DNA of 64,000 nt from Marsupella aquatica (Eukaryota; Plantae; Marchantiophyta). A program made the translations under genes and the position numbers. How positions within the stretch are numbered: the first letter of the stretch is position 1; every line of letters starts with the position of its first letter. The DNA is taken from the NCBI GenBank assembly GCA_973895155.1, contig OZ316891.1:62001-126000 (forward strand), written 5' to 3'. The notes beneath the pieces were generated by a model. That model searched no databases. It was not told the DNA's origin and saw only the letters and a program-made list of their open reading frames with translations. This document shows positions 1-12,870 of this stretch, in pieces.

Positions 1-1815
1 TCACGACTGTACACATTGAATTAGTTCTACTCAGCCATTTCCCACGTCCAAATTTGAATGGTGACACTTTTGATACTAACGGAGTTTAAAGGTTTCAACA
101 TGAATGCTATTGCTGCAAAAATGTTTAACCGGAAATGTTATGGGAGTTTACGGTTTAACCGGAAATGTTATGGGAGCCTACGAGCAACGAGCACATTAAG
201 GAACCAGATTGAAGACGGGCAATAGGAATTCTAGAAGCCCAATACTTCCCGACCATAATACCATCCCAACCATGGCGCAGAAGGGAATTTGAAGGCGGCA
301 AGCACATTAAGGAACCAAATTGAAGGCGGACAGGAATTCTAGAAGGCCAATGCTTCCCAACTATAATACCAGCCCAACCATGGCGTTGAAGGGAATTTGA
401 AGAAAGTGATGACGTCAAGTCAATTTTAAGCACTCCCTCGGAGGTGTAATTGTTCAGCATTTGTAAATACCTCGCACTATATATCACGACTGTACACATT
501 GAATTAGTTCTAATTAGCCATTTCCCACATCCAAATTTGAATGGTAACACTTTTGATACTAACGTAGTTTAAAGGTTTCGACATGAATGCTATTGCTGCA
601 AAAATGTTTAACCGGAAATGTTATGGGAGTCGACTACGGTTTAACCAGAAATGTTATGGGAGCTAATCAGCCATTTCCCACGTCCAAAATTGAATGGTGA
701 CAGTGCTTTTGATACTAACGGAGATTAAAGGTTTCGACATGAATGCTATTGCTGCAAAAATGTTTAACCGGATATGTTATGGGAGTCGACTACGGTTTAA
801 CCAGAAATGTTATGGGAGCTAATCAGCCATTTCCCACGTCCAAAATTGAATGGTGACACTTTTGATACTAACGGAGATTAAAGGTTTTGACATGAATGCT
901 ATTGCTGCAAAAATGTTTAACTGGAAATGTTATGGGAGTCGACTACGGTTTAACCGGAAATGTTATGGGAGCTAATCAGCCATTTCCCACATCCAAAATT
1001 GAATGGTGACACTTTTGATACTAACGTAGTTTAAAGATTTTGACATGAATGCTATTGCTGCAAAAATGTTTAACCAGAAATGTTATGGGAGTCGACTATG
1101 GTTTAATCGGAAATGTTATGGGAGCTAATCAGCCATTTCCCACGTCCAAAATTGAATGGTGACACTTTTGATACTAACGGAGATTAAAGGTTTTGACATG
1201 AATGCTATTGCTGCAAAAATGTTTAACTGGAAATGTTATGGGAGTCGACTACGGTTTAACCGGAAATGTTATGGGAGCTAATCAGCCATTTCCCACATCC
1301 AAAATTGAATGGTGACACTTTTGATACTAACGTAGTTTAAAGGTTTTGACATGAATGCTATTGCTGCAAAAATGTTTAACCAGAAATGTTATGGGAGTCG
1401 ACTACGGTTTAACCGGAAATGTTATGGGAGCTAATCAGCCATTTCCCACGTCCAAAATTGAATGGTGACACTTTTGATACTAACGGAGATTAAAGGTTTC
1501 AACATGAATGCTATTGCTGCAAAAATGTTTAACCGGAAATGTTATGGGAGTCTACGGTTTAACCGGAAAATTATGTTATGGGAGCCTACGAGCGACGAGC
1601 ACATTAAAGAACCAGATTGCAGACGGGCAATAGGAATTCTAGAAGACCAAATGAATACTTCCCGACCATAATACCAGCCCAACCATGGCACGGAAGGGAA
1701 TTTGAAGGTGAAGAGCACATTAAGGAACCAGATTGAAGGTGGGCGGCAGGAATTCTAGAAAGCCAATCTTTTCCGACTAAAATACCACCCCAACCATAGT
1801 GCAGAAGGGAAGGGT
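1..1815. repeat. Composite tandem array of 153-bp units and 111-bp units
   Basis: The unit 'ctaatcagccatttcccacgtccaaaattgaatggtgacac...gttatgggag' restarts at 663, 819, 972, 1125, 1278 and 1431 (period 153; the first interval is 156). A second unit 'gcacattaaggaaccagattgaag...gggaatttgaagg' has period about 111 at about 190/301 and again near 1600/1715. Confidence 0.95.
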
Positions 1816-4800
1816 CTGTCGGCAATTTGAATTACTTGTTCCCAAGCTGCTGCCAAGTGCAAGCAAGCGTGGACGTGGGTTCCCACTTTAGTTAGACAAA
1901 CCATATCGAAGAAATTCATTGAACGTGGGACGAACGAAAGTATTGTGCTTGCAAAAAGAATAGAGATAGTTTGTGTCTATCCCAACTTCATATTCTCGTT
2001 GCCATTGGCAACAGAGAAGAAGATTTAATTGCACAATGAATTGGTAATACAGAGCGTACAATGGTTTTGGTGGGGACAGTTGCCAACTCAATAACTTTGA
2101 GCTTTTAACTATGTTATTACCTAATTATCGCTGAAAGTGCTCAGACAATAAATGTTCACCTATTGCCGTAAAGTATAAACATTGTGCACGTTTAGTTTCG
2201 CTACTTGAATCTACTAAATCAAATTGGCAAGTGTTGGATTACACATCACTTCCCAAGTTAAAGCAACTTAAATTAGCTGGAGTGAGGGTCGCCACCTATT
2301 GGAATTTGGAAATGGAGTGCTTCTTGTGCACCACCATCAGCTTTGCCTCGGCTGACTTTTGGTGTAGTCCTCCCATCAAGCGTGCGCAGCCCCTGAGACA
2401 CGAATTGCAGCTCATGAGCTTCAAACGCTCTACAAGCATTACAAGCATTTGTGTGGCAATTCTAATGGTTGTCGTGAGCAATTGAAGGATAGACTTATAC
2501 TGTAGATAATAATGCCGGCAGCCCCATCCCAATTTCCTCATTCCAATCAGTAGTGTGCTCTGGTTTATTCCACAGCTCTTGTGGGGCCCGATAGAAACTT
2601 CCAACCATGGTAACTCAAATGAGCAAGAAGCAGAAGAGGTATTCATCAATTTGACTAACCGGTGTTTTCTTTTGATTTAACAGGATTATTTAGTTGAAAA
2701 GATAACCCACCCTAAGAAAATTAACTAGGCGCAGGGAGGTTCTGGACAGCCCAAATGTCTATTTTTACTTAGAATCTCATGTTGAGCGAGTATTTAACCA
2801 AAAAGTTAAGTGCAAACACACATGGAACTTATCTTTTTTCACCCCCGCACTCACATAAATGTTTGTCGTGGTAGAAGAGCAGAGAGCCAGAGCCACGCAC
2901 TCTTTCAGTCCCACTTTGTCTTGGCTTGGGTTTGTTACTTACTATGCTCCATGTTGACAACATTCCCTACTCCTTGTTCCTCCTCGGACCCAATGACATC
3001 AGACTTTTAACATGACGGGTTTTTCAGTTAGAACTGGGGATAGGAGAAAAATTTGTCTTTAATCAATGCAAATGATCAGAACAGCCACACGTTCAAGCAC
3101 ATAATTATATACAAGCCATCTGGATAGTGCACTTGTGATGCTTGTTGAACTCAAACTGCCATCGGAAGCTATGGACAAAATGCTTGATAGAATTACACAA
3201 TCACTTGTTATACATAGTTGATATATTCCTGAATTCATTTTTCCTGTCCACTTGGAAATTGCACAGATTAATAGAAGTATCCATGAAGATCTGTCATCGT
3301 AGAAAGAGATTTCCAGCAAAAACTTGTAAGAAAATTGCAAGACGTGAGGTGCTCAACAGTTTTTTGTGTCTTGGCCAGTCTTGGGAGGCCATAGGCATTC
3401 GTCTATTTGCAGGACGTTTGTTAGCTTTTTTGGGTTTGCATAGATTACGGTACGGTGGCTACAGAGAGCAAATTGCCCGCCATCGCTCACGGATATGAAG
3501 GAAATGCTAAGTCGAGCAGCAATTCCAACCAGAAGAGAGAAGAGATAGGTACAAAGGAAGATAGCAGGAGAGCTAGAACTATAATGCGACAGAAGTGGCA
3601 GTGAGTTAATTTGAAGGCTGCTTTCATGCTCTGTGAAAAAATATGAAAAAGTTTTGTCTCGGTATGGCCAGCGCCCACTCGTAGTGGAAGTCTAAACTGA
3701 CCTCATTGAAATCTACAAATGTGATCCACCGCCGTGCAACAGAGGCCACCTCCCGTGGACCTGTCCACCTGAAGAATCTTAACCCACCTAGTATTCCCAC
3801 GGCCGACAATGAGGAAATCTTCTGCATCCCCCATGGAGATTCTACAACTGGGTAGCCAACGGATTTTTAGGAATAAGGTGGTACTAGGCTTTGAATCGGA
3901 ATTCAATTCCTGGTAGGCTAGAGATTGGCTGTCAGCTTTCAACTAGGAGAATGAGATTAAGTTGGGACTCCACGACGAACTGCCTAAGTAATGCTCTCTT
4001 TGTGGTTCAATTCAATGCCAACTTGGGGGAAGACATCCAACGACAACTTCTCTCCTCTCAAGGCACTTGACAAACATGCCGTAGTGAATGACTACAAAGC
4101 AAACTTTGACCCGTGTAACCAACCAGACTTCAAGCAGTTGGAATCTATCTACATCAAATGGGGCGACCCGGTGATCTATGAATTTATCAAGTTCATTGAG
4201 GCGCCGGTGGGTAAATTTACTCGGGCTAAGCTAGCCTCCGGTATTGAGCATCATCACATTTCAGCTCTGGTGGAATCCACACTCAAGATTTTCCCAACGG
4301 CTTAGTGACTCCGAGGTGTCTACTATCCTCTTCGACTACGTGGGTAGGAATCTGCGGTCAGTGTTGTTTTTGCTTCTCCTACAGGCACTTACCGGCCGCG
4401 TGTTCTGCATCACGGCCCCATTATTTTGACAACCTGGTAACACAATTCAACATTCGTGAAGCAGGAACTCGACATCCCACACATCAAAAGGAACGGCCGG
4501 ATCGCGAGGTCCTACAAGTGTGCCAAGGGGTGGAGTATAAGGCAAGGCAGAAGGCAGCTTTTTGGCAGGCATAGGCTGAGGAGCAGCAACAACGGGAGGA
4601 AGCTGAATTACAACACCTGGCATTACGGGCCCAAGAGTTTGAGGCGGATCGGGCATAGATCCGGGTGTGGATTAGCATTGAGTCTAGAGAGTAAATAATA
4701 TATCACAACTGTACAGAGTGAATTAGTTCTAATCAGGAAGCCTGGTCTTCTTTAATTTGTATCTCATTTCCCACGTCCAAAATTGAATGGTGACACATTT

Positions 4801-4997
4801 GATGCTAACGGAGTTTAAAGGTTTCAACATGAAAGCTATGGGAGTCTACGGTTTAACCAGAAATGTTATGGGAGCCTCCACTTTAACCAGAAATGTTGTG
4901 AAAGTCCATATGCTGAAACTTGGAGACATACCATGCATCGCATGTGAGACACAGCCTTTACATAAGAGTCTTGTATGGTGGGTTGGACAGTGAAGGC

Positions 4998-6920
4998 AAT
5001 TTGGGTCCTAGGAGTGTCTGAATGGAGTTGCAACACAGATGGAGGTGAGTAGCAAGGCATGAATACCGCAACCATGGATGTTGTACAGAAGAGAAGCTCC
5101 ATCACTGCACACTCGGCCTGAAACCACGCCACGCCACTGCCACCAGTAAGCATAAAAAACGCAACCATTCGGAAACGCCTTTGCTCGAAGACTGCATCCA
5201 ACAACGACTCGAATCCATCACTTGCTGCAATTATTGACAACGTTAGTACGCCATCCAAGCAACACAAGATTCACGATGCACTGCCACCAGTAAGCATAAA
5301 AACCGTAACCATTCGGAAATGCCTTCGCTCAAAGACTGCATCCGACAACGACTCTAATCCATCACTTGCTGCAATTATTGACGACGTCAGTACGCCATCC
5401 AAGCAACGCAAGATTCAAGATGCAGATTGAAGGGAATTTGGAGGTGGCGAGCACAGTCAAGGACCAGATTGAGGCCAGCAACAGGAATTCTCGAAGGCCA
5501 ATGCTTCCCGACCAAAATACCGACCCAACAATAATGCAGAAGGGAATTTGAAGGTGACGAGCACATTTGAAGGCTGGTACAGAAATTCTAGAAGCATTGA
5601 CCAAGCTTTGTTTCCTTTGTATTTCTCACGAACCTAATTGAATGGTGACACTTTTGATGCTAACGGAGTCCAATGGTTTCAACATGAATGTTATAGCTGC
5701 AAAAGACTTTTATTGGAAATGTTATGGGAGTGCGGGACTACAAGTGAGTCACAATGAATGCTAGTGGTGTATGAACACTTAAAAAATAATGTTATGGGAG
5801 CCTACGGCAACCACCCGTAAGTCACCCTAATCAATACTAGCGGAGTTTAAAGGTTTTAATAATAATGTTGTGGGAGTCCAAATGTTGAAACGTCGAGACC
5901 GTGCACTGCATGTAGGAGACCATGCACCGCGCTCCCTAAATACCCTGAAATGGCCTGAAGACCGGCCTCATTGCACGCGCTGTGCAGAGAAGATATATAC
6001 AGGAGTGAGTCCACGCGATTTGGGTCCTAGGAGTGTCTGAATGGAGTTGCAACACAGATGGAGGTGAGTAGCAAGGCATGAATACCGCAACCATGGATGT
6101 TGTACGGAAGAGAAGCTCCATCACTGCACACTCGGCCTGAAACCACGCCACGCCACTGCCACCAGTAAGCATAAAAAACGCAACCATTCGGAAACGCCTT
6201 CGCTCAAAGACTGCATCCAACAACGACTCAAATCCATCACTTGCTGCAATTATTGACAACGTCAGTACGCCATCCAAGCAAGACGTCAGTACGCCATCCA
6301 AGCGATGCAAGATTCAAGATGCAGATTGAAGGGAATTTGGAGGTGGCGAGCACAGTCAAGGACCAGATTGAAGGCCAGTGACAGGAATTCTCGAAGGCCA
6401 ATGCTTCCCGACCAAAATACCGACCCAACAATAATGCAGAAGGGAATTTGAAGGTGACGAGCACATTAAGGAACCAGATTGAAGGCTGGTACAGGAATTC
6501 TAGAAGCGTTGACCAAGCTTTGTTTCCTTTGTATTTCTCACGAACCCAAATTGAATGGTGACACTTTTGATGCTAACGGAGTCCAATGGTTTCAACATGA
6601 ATGTTATAGCTGCAAAAGATTTTTATTGGAAATGTTATGGGAGTGCGGGACTACAAGTGAGTCACAATGAATGCTAGTGGTGTATGAACACTTAAAAAAT
6701 AATGTTATGGGAGCATACGGCAAGTGACCACCCGTAAGTCACCCTAATCAATACTAGCAGAGTTTAAAGGTTTTAATAATAATGTTATGGGAGTCCAAAT
6801 GTTGAAACATTGAGACCGTGCACTACATGTAGGAGACCATGCACCGCGCTCCCTAAATACCCTGAAATGGCCTGAAGACCGGCCCCATTGCACGCGCTGT
6901 GCAGAGAAGATATATACAGG
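4998..6920. repeat. Tandem duplication of about 1 kb, containing modules related to the 1-1815 array
   Basis: About 4998-6003 and about 6017-6920 both start 'atttgggtcctaggagtgtctgaatgg' and end 'gcagagaagatatatacagg'. Both contain the 'gaatggtgacacttttgat' and 'gggaatttgaagg' modules. Confidence 0.9.
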
Positions 6921-6935
6921 CCAAACTCGGGGCGA

Positions 6936-6959
6936 AAACCCTAAACCCTAAACCCTAAA
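6936..6959 (+). repeat. Interstitial telomeric repeat / telo-box (AAACCCT)3
   Basis: aaaccctaaaccctaaaccctaaa, the Arabidopsis-type telomere repeat. Confidence 0.8.
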
Positions 6960-8264
6960 TGTAAGTGTGTTTTCTGGTTTATCCCTTCTGTTAGTTAAAT
7001 CCAAAGACGACAACTGCAAAATGGTATTATACTTCTTGATAGTTCTTGTTTGATTGATTGATTTATGGCAACAACATTTGCAGGGCCCCAGGAGAGATGG
7101 AGCCACGGTGAACTAGGGTTGATTTGGGAGGCAGAGGATGGATACTAGCAGGGTGAATGGTGTGCGGGTTTGATGCCATCAGGGCTCGCCGTGGGATCGC
7201 CGCCTTATGTGGGGTGTCGTGATCATGAGTTCACGTTTCGAGAATGGCAGGATCAGAGTTCATCCCTTTGTGTTTTGCATGGCGGTGGCAGGGAGCCACA
7301 ACGAAGAAGGGAAGGGTTTAGGGAAAACCCCTTAACCCGTAAACACAAAACCCTAACTGCCAGGAGGGAAGGCTGAGTGGTGCCCTGGTTTGATACCATC
7401 GGGGCTTGTGATGAGATTGCTACACTATGCGGGGTTCTGATCATAAGCTCACATTTCGAGAATGGCAGGATTGGAGTTATCCCTTTGTGTGTGCGAGGCC
7501 GGGGCAGGGAGCCATGACGAAGAAGGTAAGAATTTAGGGAAAACCCCTAAACATGTAAACACAGAACCCTAACTGCCGGGAAGGCTGAGGGGTGCCCTGG
7601 TTTTCTGCCATGAATGGAGTTTGAGGTAATTCCAGGTTCGGGCAACCCTAATAAACCCTAAACTCCGGGCGGGTGTGTGCTGGCCAGCCGCACAGGGAGA
7701 GGCTCTACGCGATAGTCGTGCAGCGGGGAGTGGAAGAAGGCAAGGGTTTAAGGAAAACCCCTAAACAGGTAAACACAAAACCCTAACCGCTGGGAGGGAA
7801 GGCTGAGGGGTGCCCTGGTTTTCTGCCATGAATGGAGTTTGAGGTAATTCCAGGTTCGGGCAACACTAATAAACCCTAACTTCGGGTGGGTGTGCGCTGG
7901 CCAGCCACACATGGAGAGGCTCTACGCGATAGTCGTGCAACGGGGAGGTGGAAGAAGGCAAAGGTGGGACTAGTACAGTAGTGGTGCTAGACAGTATAGT
8001 TTTGTGGAGGGCGTTCGTGTTCTCTAAGGCGAGTGCTGTGCCCATGGAGTGAATGTGGGTTGAGGGTCTAGGGTCACGCGTCCTGGTTGCTGTAAAGCCA
8101 GGAATCGGGTGTCGCAAAATTAGATGGCGGGGAATGATTGAGTGTTACGGAATTGGCCAGAAAGAGGTGAATCCCGTGAGTGAAGCTCCAGGAGAGGCAG
8201 AGGTGAGGCAGTCCACAGTGGCCGCAGCGTATGGAGAGGCTCTACGAGATAGATGGCAGGGTAG

Positions 8265-9075
8265 GCAGAGTTGGTGCGAGGGGAGTACGGGAATACGGCC
8301 GCAGTGCTATCCGGGCTCCCAAAGCAGTGACGTTTGAAGAATGGTGTGGGGATTGATTTACTTTGTATTGTCATGGCACAACTGTCTTTTTTGGGCGTTC
8401 GGGGCAAGAAGAACACGAAACTAGGGTAAACCCTAAACCGTAAACGGTAAACCCTGAACCGGAAACGGTCAACCCCGAACCATAAATGTGAGTTGGCATT
8501 TGGAGGATGACAGGATTGTAGTTGATCCCTTGGTGTATTGGGGGCCGTGGGAGGGAGCCACGAGGAACAACGCAGGGGTAAGGGAACCCTCAAATAAACC
8601 CTAAATGACGGGGAGGGAGGGTGGGCAGAGTTGATGCGAGGGGAGTACGGGAAGACGGCCGCAGTGCTATCCGGGCTCCCGAAGCAGTGACGTTTGAAGA
8701 ATGGTGCGGGGATTGATTTACTTTGTATTTTCATGGCACAAATGTCTTTTTTGGGCATTTGGGGCAAGAAGAACACGAAACTAGGGTAAACCCTAAACCG
8801 TAAACGGTAAACCCTGAACCGGAAACGGTAAACCCCAAACCGTAAATGTGAGTTGGCATTTGGAGGATGACACGATTGTAGTCGATCCCTTGGTGTATTG
8901 GGGGCCATGGGAGGGAGCCACGAGGAACAACGCAAGGGTAAGGGAACCCTAAAATAAACCCTAAATGATGGGGAGGGAGGGTGGGTAGAGTTGATGCGAG
9001 GGGAGTATGGGAAGAAGGCCACAGTGCTATCCGGGCTCCTGAGGCAGTGACTTTTGAAGAATGGCACGGGGATCG
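8265..9075. repeat. 360-bp tandem repeat (about 2.3 copies) with degenerate telomere-like heptamers
   Basis: 'gcgaggggagtacggg' recurs at about 8276, 8636 and 8996. Each full unit contains 'aaaccctaaaccgtaaacggtaaaccctgaaccggaaacgg'. More diverged related units occupy about 7170-8100. Confidence 0.9.
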
Positions 9076-11087
9076 ACTTGCTTTGTAATGTTGGTTCCTT
9101 TGTATTTTCATGGCGGGACGGTCTTTTTCGAGCACTTGTGGCAAAAAGACCACGAAAAAGACCGCAAAGACCGGGCATTGCAATCGTTGGGCTGCACGAA
9201 AATGTATATAGCCTCTTGCAAACGCGCCTCTTGAGGGTCGATGCGTTTGACAGAGTTGTTGCTTTTGTTCGCTCCAATAATGATCCGTGTCCTTATCAAG
9301 TGATCTCTCAAATCAGCTTGACTTCTAATATTTTCAATTTGATCATGAAAAGGCATCGACTATGCTCGTAGAAACTTGTAGAGCCGTGGTCTATCAATTG
9401 CTAGATAGTATTTCTTACTGCCAAATCAAGCCAAGCTCTGTCTGGTGCAATGGAGCACTGGGTCAGTTCTTCCCTTTCAAAAACCAGATATGGAGATACA
9501 ATTTGAAGTCCTACATGCAGACTGGTCTTTGAATTCAAGCTGCCTCCTTTAGGAACTCCTGAAATACGAGCCTGTGTAATAGATTGGATCTGTAAGAACC
9601 CACAAGAGCGATGGTGCAGTCAGTGTGCTCGTTTTGTCCTTATGAAATTGTTATGTTCTTTTGTTTGTTACCGATTCAGATCTCCACTCCAAGAAAAGTA
9701 GGGCAACGCTCACTAAGCTGCATCAAGTTGTGGAGCAATGTTTGGTATTTCCTGCTCAGTAATTGTCTACTTCACAAGCTGAATCTGTTCGTCATATAAT
9801 TATTCTGTCCACCAGCACGACACGAGGAAACGACAATGCCAGAAGACAGATTGCTAGAGAAGGAGTGCTAGACAGAAATGACCTTCTGGCGCTGCAGAAA
9901 CAGGATTCTTAACTACCATGCTCATGATTCTTAACTGCCATTATAATTAAAGTGTTGTTTCATTACTTTAATTACAATTGAATTACAATTTGAAAAAAAG
10001 GGTGGGCAGTTGGTTAAGCGGGGTAAATAAAACTGAGTTGAAAACATACTCAGGGTAAATAAAACAGTTATTTTTGATAACTTTTACATCAAGGTTTACG
10101 GCATGGCATCCTCAATTTTACCAAAATCTTGCCGCAAACATGAATATTGGCATAATTTCATTGTGGAAACCAATCCGTTCCTATTTGCTGCGTGCCATGA
10201 TGACGTGGCGTGCTGTGGAGTCAGGAATTTTGGAAGGGACCTCTAGTGGGGTCCGTAAAGAATATAAAAATTGAATACAAAAGCCATAAGTGTAACAAGG
10301 TCTCACCTAGTGAATACATTTGCAAAGTAAAGTGATGCACCAATTAGTCAACATTTGCGTGGAGGGGTCACCAAACAAACTCTGGTCCTTTCTTGCTAAG
10401 TTTCTTAATCAAACCTCTAATTTCTTTTTTGAAAGTACATACTGATGGTAGTTTAAACGTTACTTGTGTCCTTGAACTCGAACTTGGAAAAATAAGGAAA
10501 TCTATTTCGATTGGTAATTTAAACGTTACTTATGTCCTTTAACTCAAACTTGGATAAATAAATAAATCTATTTCGATTGAATGTCCAAATTTGAGTTCTA
10601 ACATAAGTCGTGTACGTACGTAGGTACAGCGGACTCCCTCCCAAGTTTCCAAACAATCGGACGTGATCGAAAGAGGCACAAACTGCAGCTACTGTAGTTA
10701 GCGTCTCTCTCCGTGTTCCCAAACATTGGAAGATGGGCAGATTGCCTTACAGATATATTATGCGAAAGGACCGTGTCTTAGCTGGATTCACACACATGCA
10801 ATCGGAAGCGATGAATGACACATAAGGACTTGCACCAGATTTTATTGATACTTAAGGGCACAAAACTAAACATTTGGTGAGAACAGAATTCTCCTATGTA
10901 TAGTTACGAAGAGTTACGAGTAGACTGATTATTCTCGACATTATGATATAGGACAATTTCGGTGCTCATTCTAAACTTACATTATATATCATACCTCGCC
11001 AATTGAAATGGGCTGAGATTTAGCTATCAATGCCATGATCGATTGAATGAGGTCGGAGGGACACTCGTGTAGCTTATGGAACTATCT

Positions 11088-12470
11088 TTACACATCGATC
11101 AGGCAGAGAGCGAAATTCGCAATTTTGACCCTGGCTTCAACTGGGAGAATCTTGAAGTTGCCATCGTTCCTATTCTTGTGGAATAAACCCCAGTAGTATC
11201 CTCTGTACTTTTTGGGGTGCTCCTCATTCACTAGTTCCTTGAACGGCTCTATCCAAGCCGTGGTTGCAGGGTTGTAGAAGAGAGGGAAAGAAAATCGGTC
11301 CCTATTTTCATTCACCACCACGCGATGTTCGATGCTGTGATACTTGGCATTGCTCCACACCTGCAGCATATCTCCTAGATTGATCACAAAAGCGTCTTCT
11401 CGAGGGGCCACTGAGATCCACTCCCCGTCCTTCCTTCTCACCTGCACGCGTACAGTACTGTTTATGTCATTTGAATTATTCTCAGAGGATTGGCAATATG
11501 TCATTCATCAAACCCATTCGATGATGTCTCATTTCGGAAATTGAGACTCGGTACAGAACCTGATCTGTTTTCTCAATCAATCGGTCAGACGCATTTTTAC
11601 AAACTAGTATCTGATCTACGTATATCAACGTGAGAGTACAGGTAGCATTTTGTCTCTGTAGGCATTCTGGACAGAGCTTTCACTGTTAGGATTAAATGAA
11701 TATACATCTGCTTTCTGTATTGCATATCTTCCTGGAGATTTGGATCTGAGACGTGCGTCAGTGCTATCGTGAGGAAGAGACAAGACGATATTCACCTGCA
11801 GGCCTCCGACTTCATCCTGCACGAGGACTGTGAGTACTCCAGCATCAGTGTGCTGGCTAGCACCGAAAGTCCGGTCCGAGATTGGGCACTTGGGATAGTA
11901 GTTCATACGGATGAAGCTAGTGTTGTCGTCGAAGGGTTGGTAGAAGCGATCGAATTCAAGACCCAAGCTGAGGCTGATGACGCCCAGCACGTTGGACGCC
12001 AAATCGTCCACAGCTGCGATGTACGTTTCGCAAATATCTCTGAAGTCGGAGGGATTCTCCGGCCACTGATTGTGGTGCAAAACGTATTCGTCGGACACAT
12101 TCTCCCCGACCTGCTCCACGGGGAGCTTGATCGACTTGTTGCAAGCAATGTCCACCACTTCCTTCCAGTCGCGCTTGTACGCCGTGAGCTCCGCATCGTA
12201 GAAGCCAAGGAAGTTCTCGATCGAGCGCTTGATCTTACGCTTCTCGACCAGAGGCAAATCCACGAACTCTCGGCAAGTCTTTTGGAGATTCTGCACCCTC
12301 CGGAATGGGGCAAAGTCAATGACAGGAATATTCTCATCCTGGCTTAAAATTTTCTTCGGACGGAACTCCGGATCCACCACGTATGCAGGGTCTAGGTCCA
12401 GTTTTTTCCAGTCCTCTATCAAAACGCGCGAGTCTCGATCATCAACCGCAGTGCCTTCGGGGCGCCCCAT
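11088..12470 (-). CDS. 2-oxoglutarate/Fe(II)-dependent dioxygenase (DOXC class, resembling the At3g19000/At3g19010 group); 2 exons, about 342 aa
   Basis: Exon 1 is 12470-11796 and ends GGLQ|gt. The GT-AG intron spans 11795-11442. Exon 2 is 11441-11088 and starts VRRKDGEW. Motifs: IPVID, RDWKE, NYYPKCP, HTD (HxD), HRVV (distal His) and RFS (RxS). Confidence 0.92.
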
Positions 12471-12823
12471 TTTGAGTGTACTTGGAACTAGCTGCTGTCA
12501 CTGCCGAACTGTTGTGAACTGTTGTGTTGTGACAGTGAGTGAATTTCAGCTGCTCGCCATTTCCTCAGCTCAGCTGGAGGTACAGTAAGTAACTGATACT
12601 GCACACAGAGAACGAGATCGAACACTCTGATCTTTCAGCAGCTCGACCTACAGTAAATTGATACTGCACAGAGCGAGGACACAGATCTTTCCACAGCATA
12701 AATGATACTACACACACAGAAAGAGTCAAAGAGAACTGTGACTGTTCAGCCGCTGGAGGTGCAATTAAATACAATAACGACAGAGAGAGAGCCGTGCAGA
12801 TAGTGCAAACTCACAGGTAAGGT

Positions 12824-12832
12824 ATATTTATA
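12824..12832 (-). promoter_or_regulatory. Candidate TATA box of the dioxygenase gene
   Basis: The minus strand reads CTATAAATA about 350 bp upstream of the ATG, followed by a pyrimidine-rich leader. Confidence 0.5.
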
Positions 12833-12870
12833 GTCCCACATAGTCTAGATAGGTATAATATAATAATAAT

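Noticed and set aside
480-1560. CRISPR-like regular repeats
   Set aside because: The units are full-length tandem copies without unique spacers, there are no cas genes, and the context is eukaryotic. The same applies to 50176-50830 and 25941-26150.
1830-4697. Host genes in the unique block between the repeats
   Set aside because: Only short broken ORFs on both strands, with no recognisable domain or consistent splice model.
8120-9277. 385-aa ORF as a real gene
   Set aside because: It stays open because the 360-bp repeat is a multiple of three. The peptide is repetitive, has no domain and lacks an ATG start.
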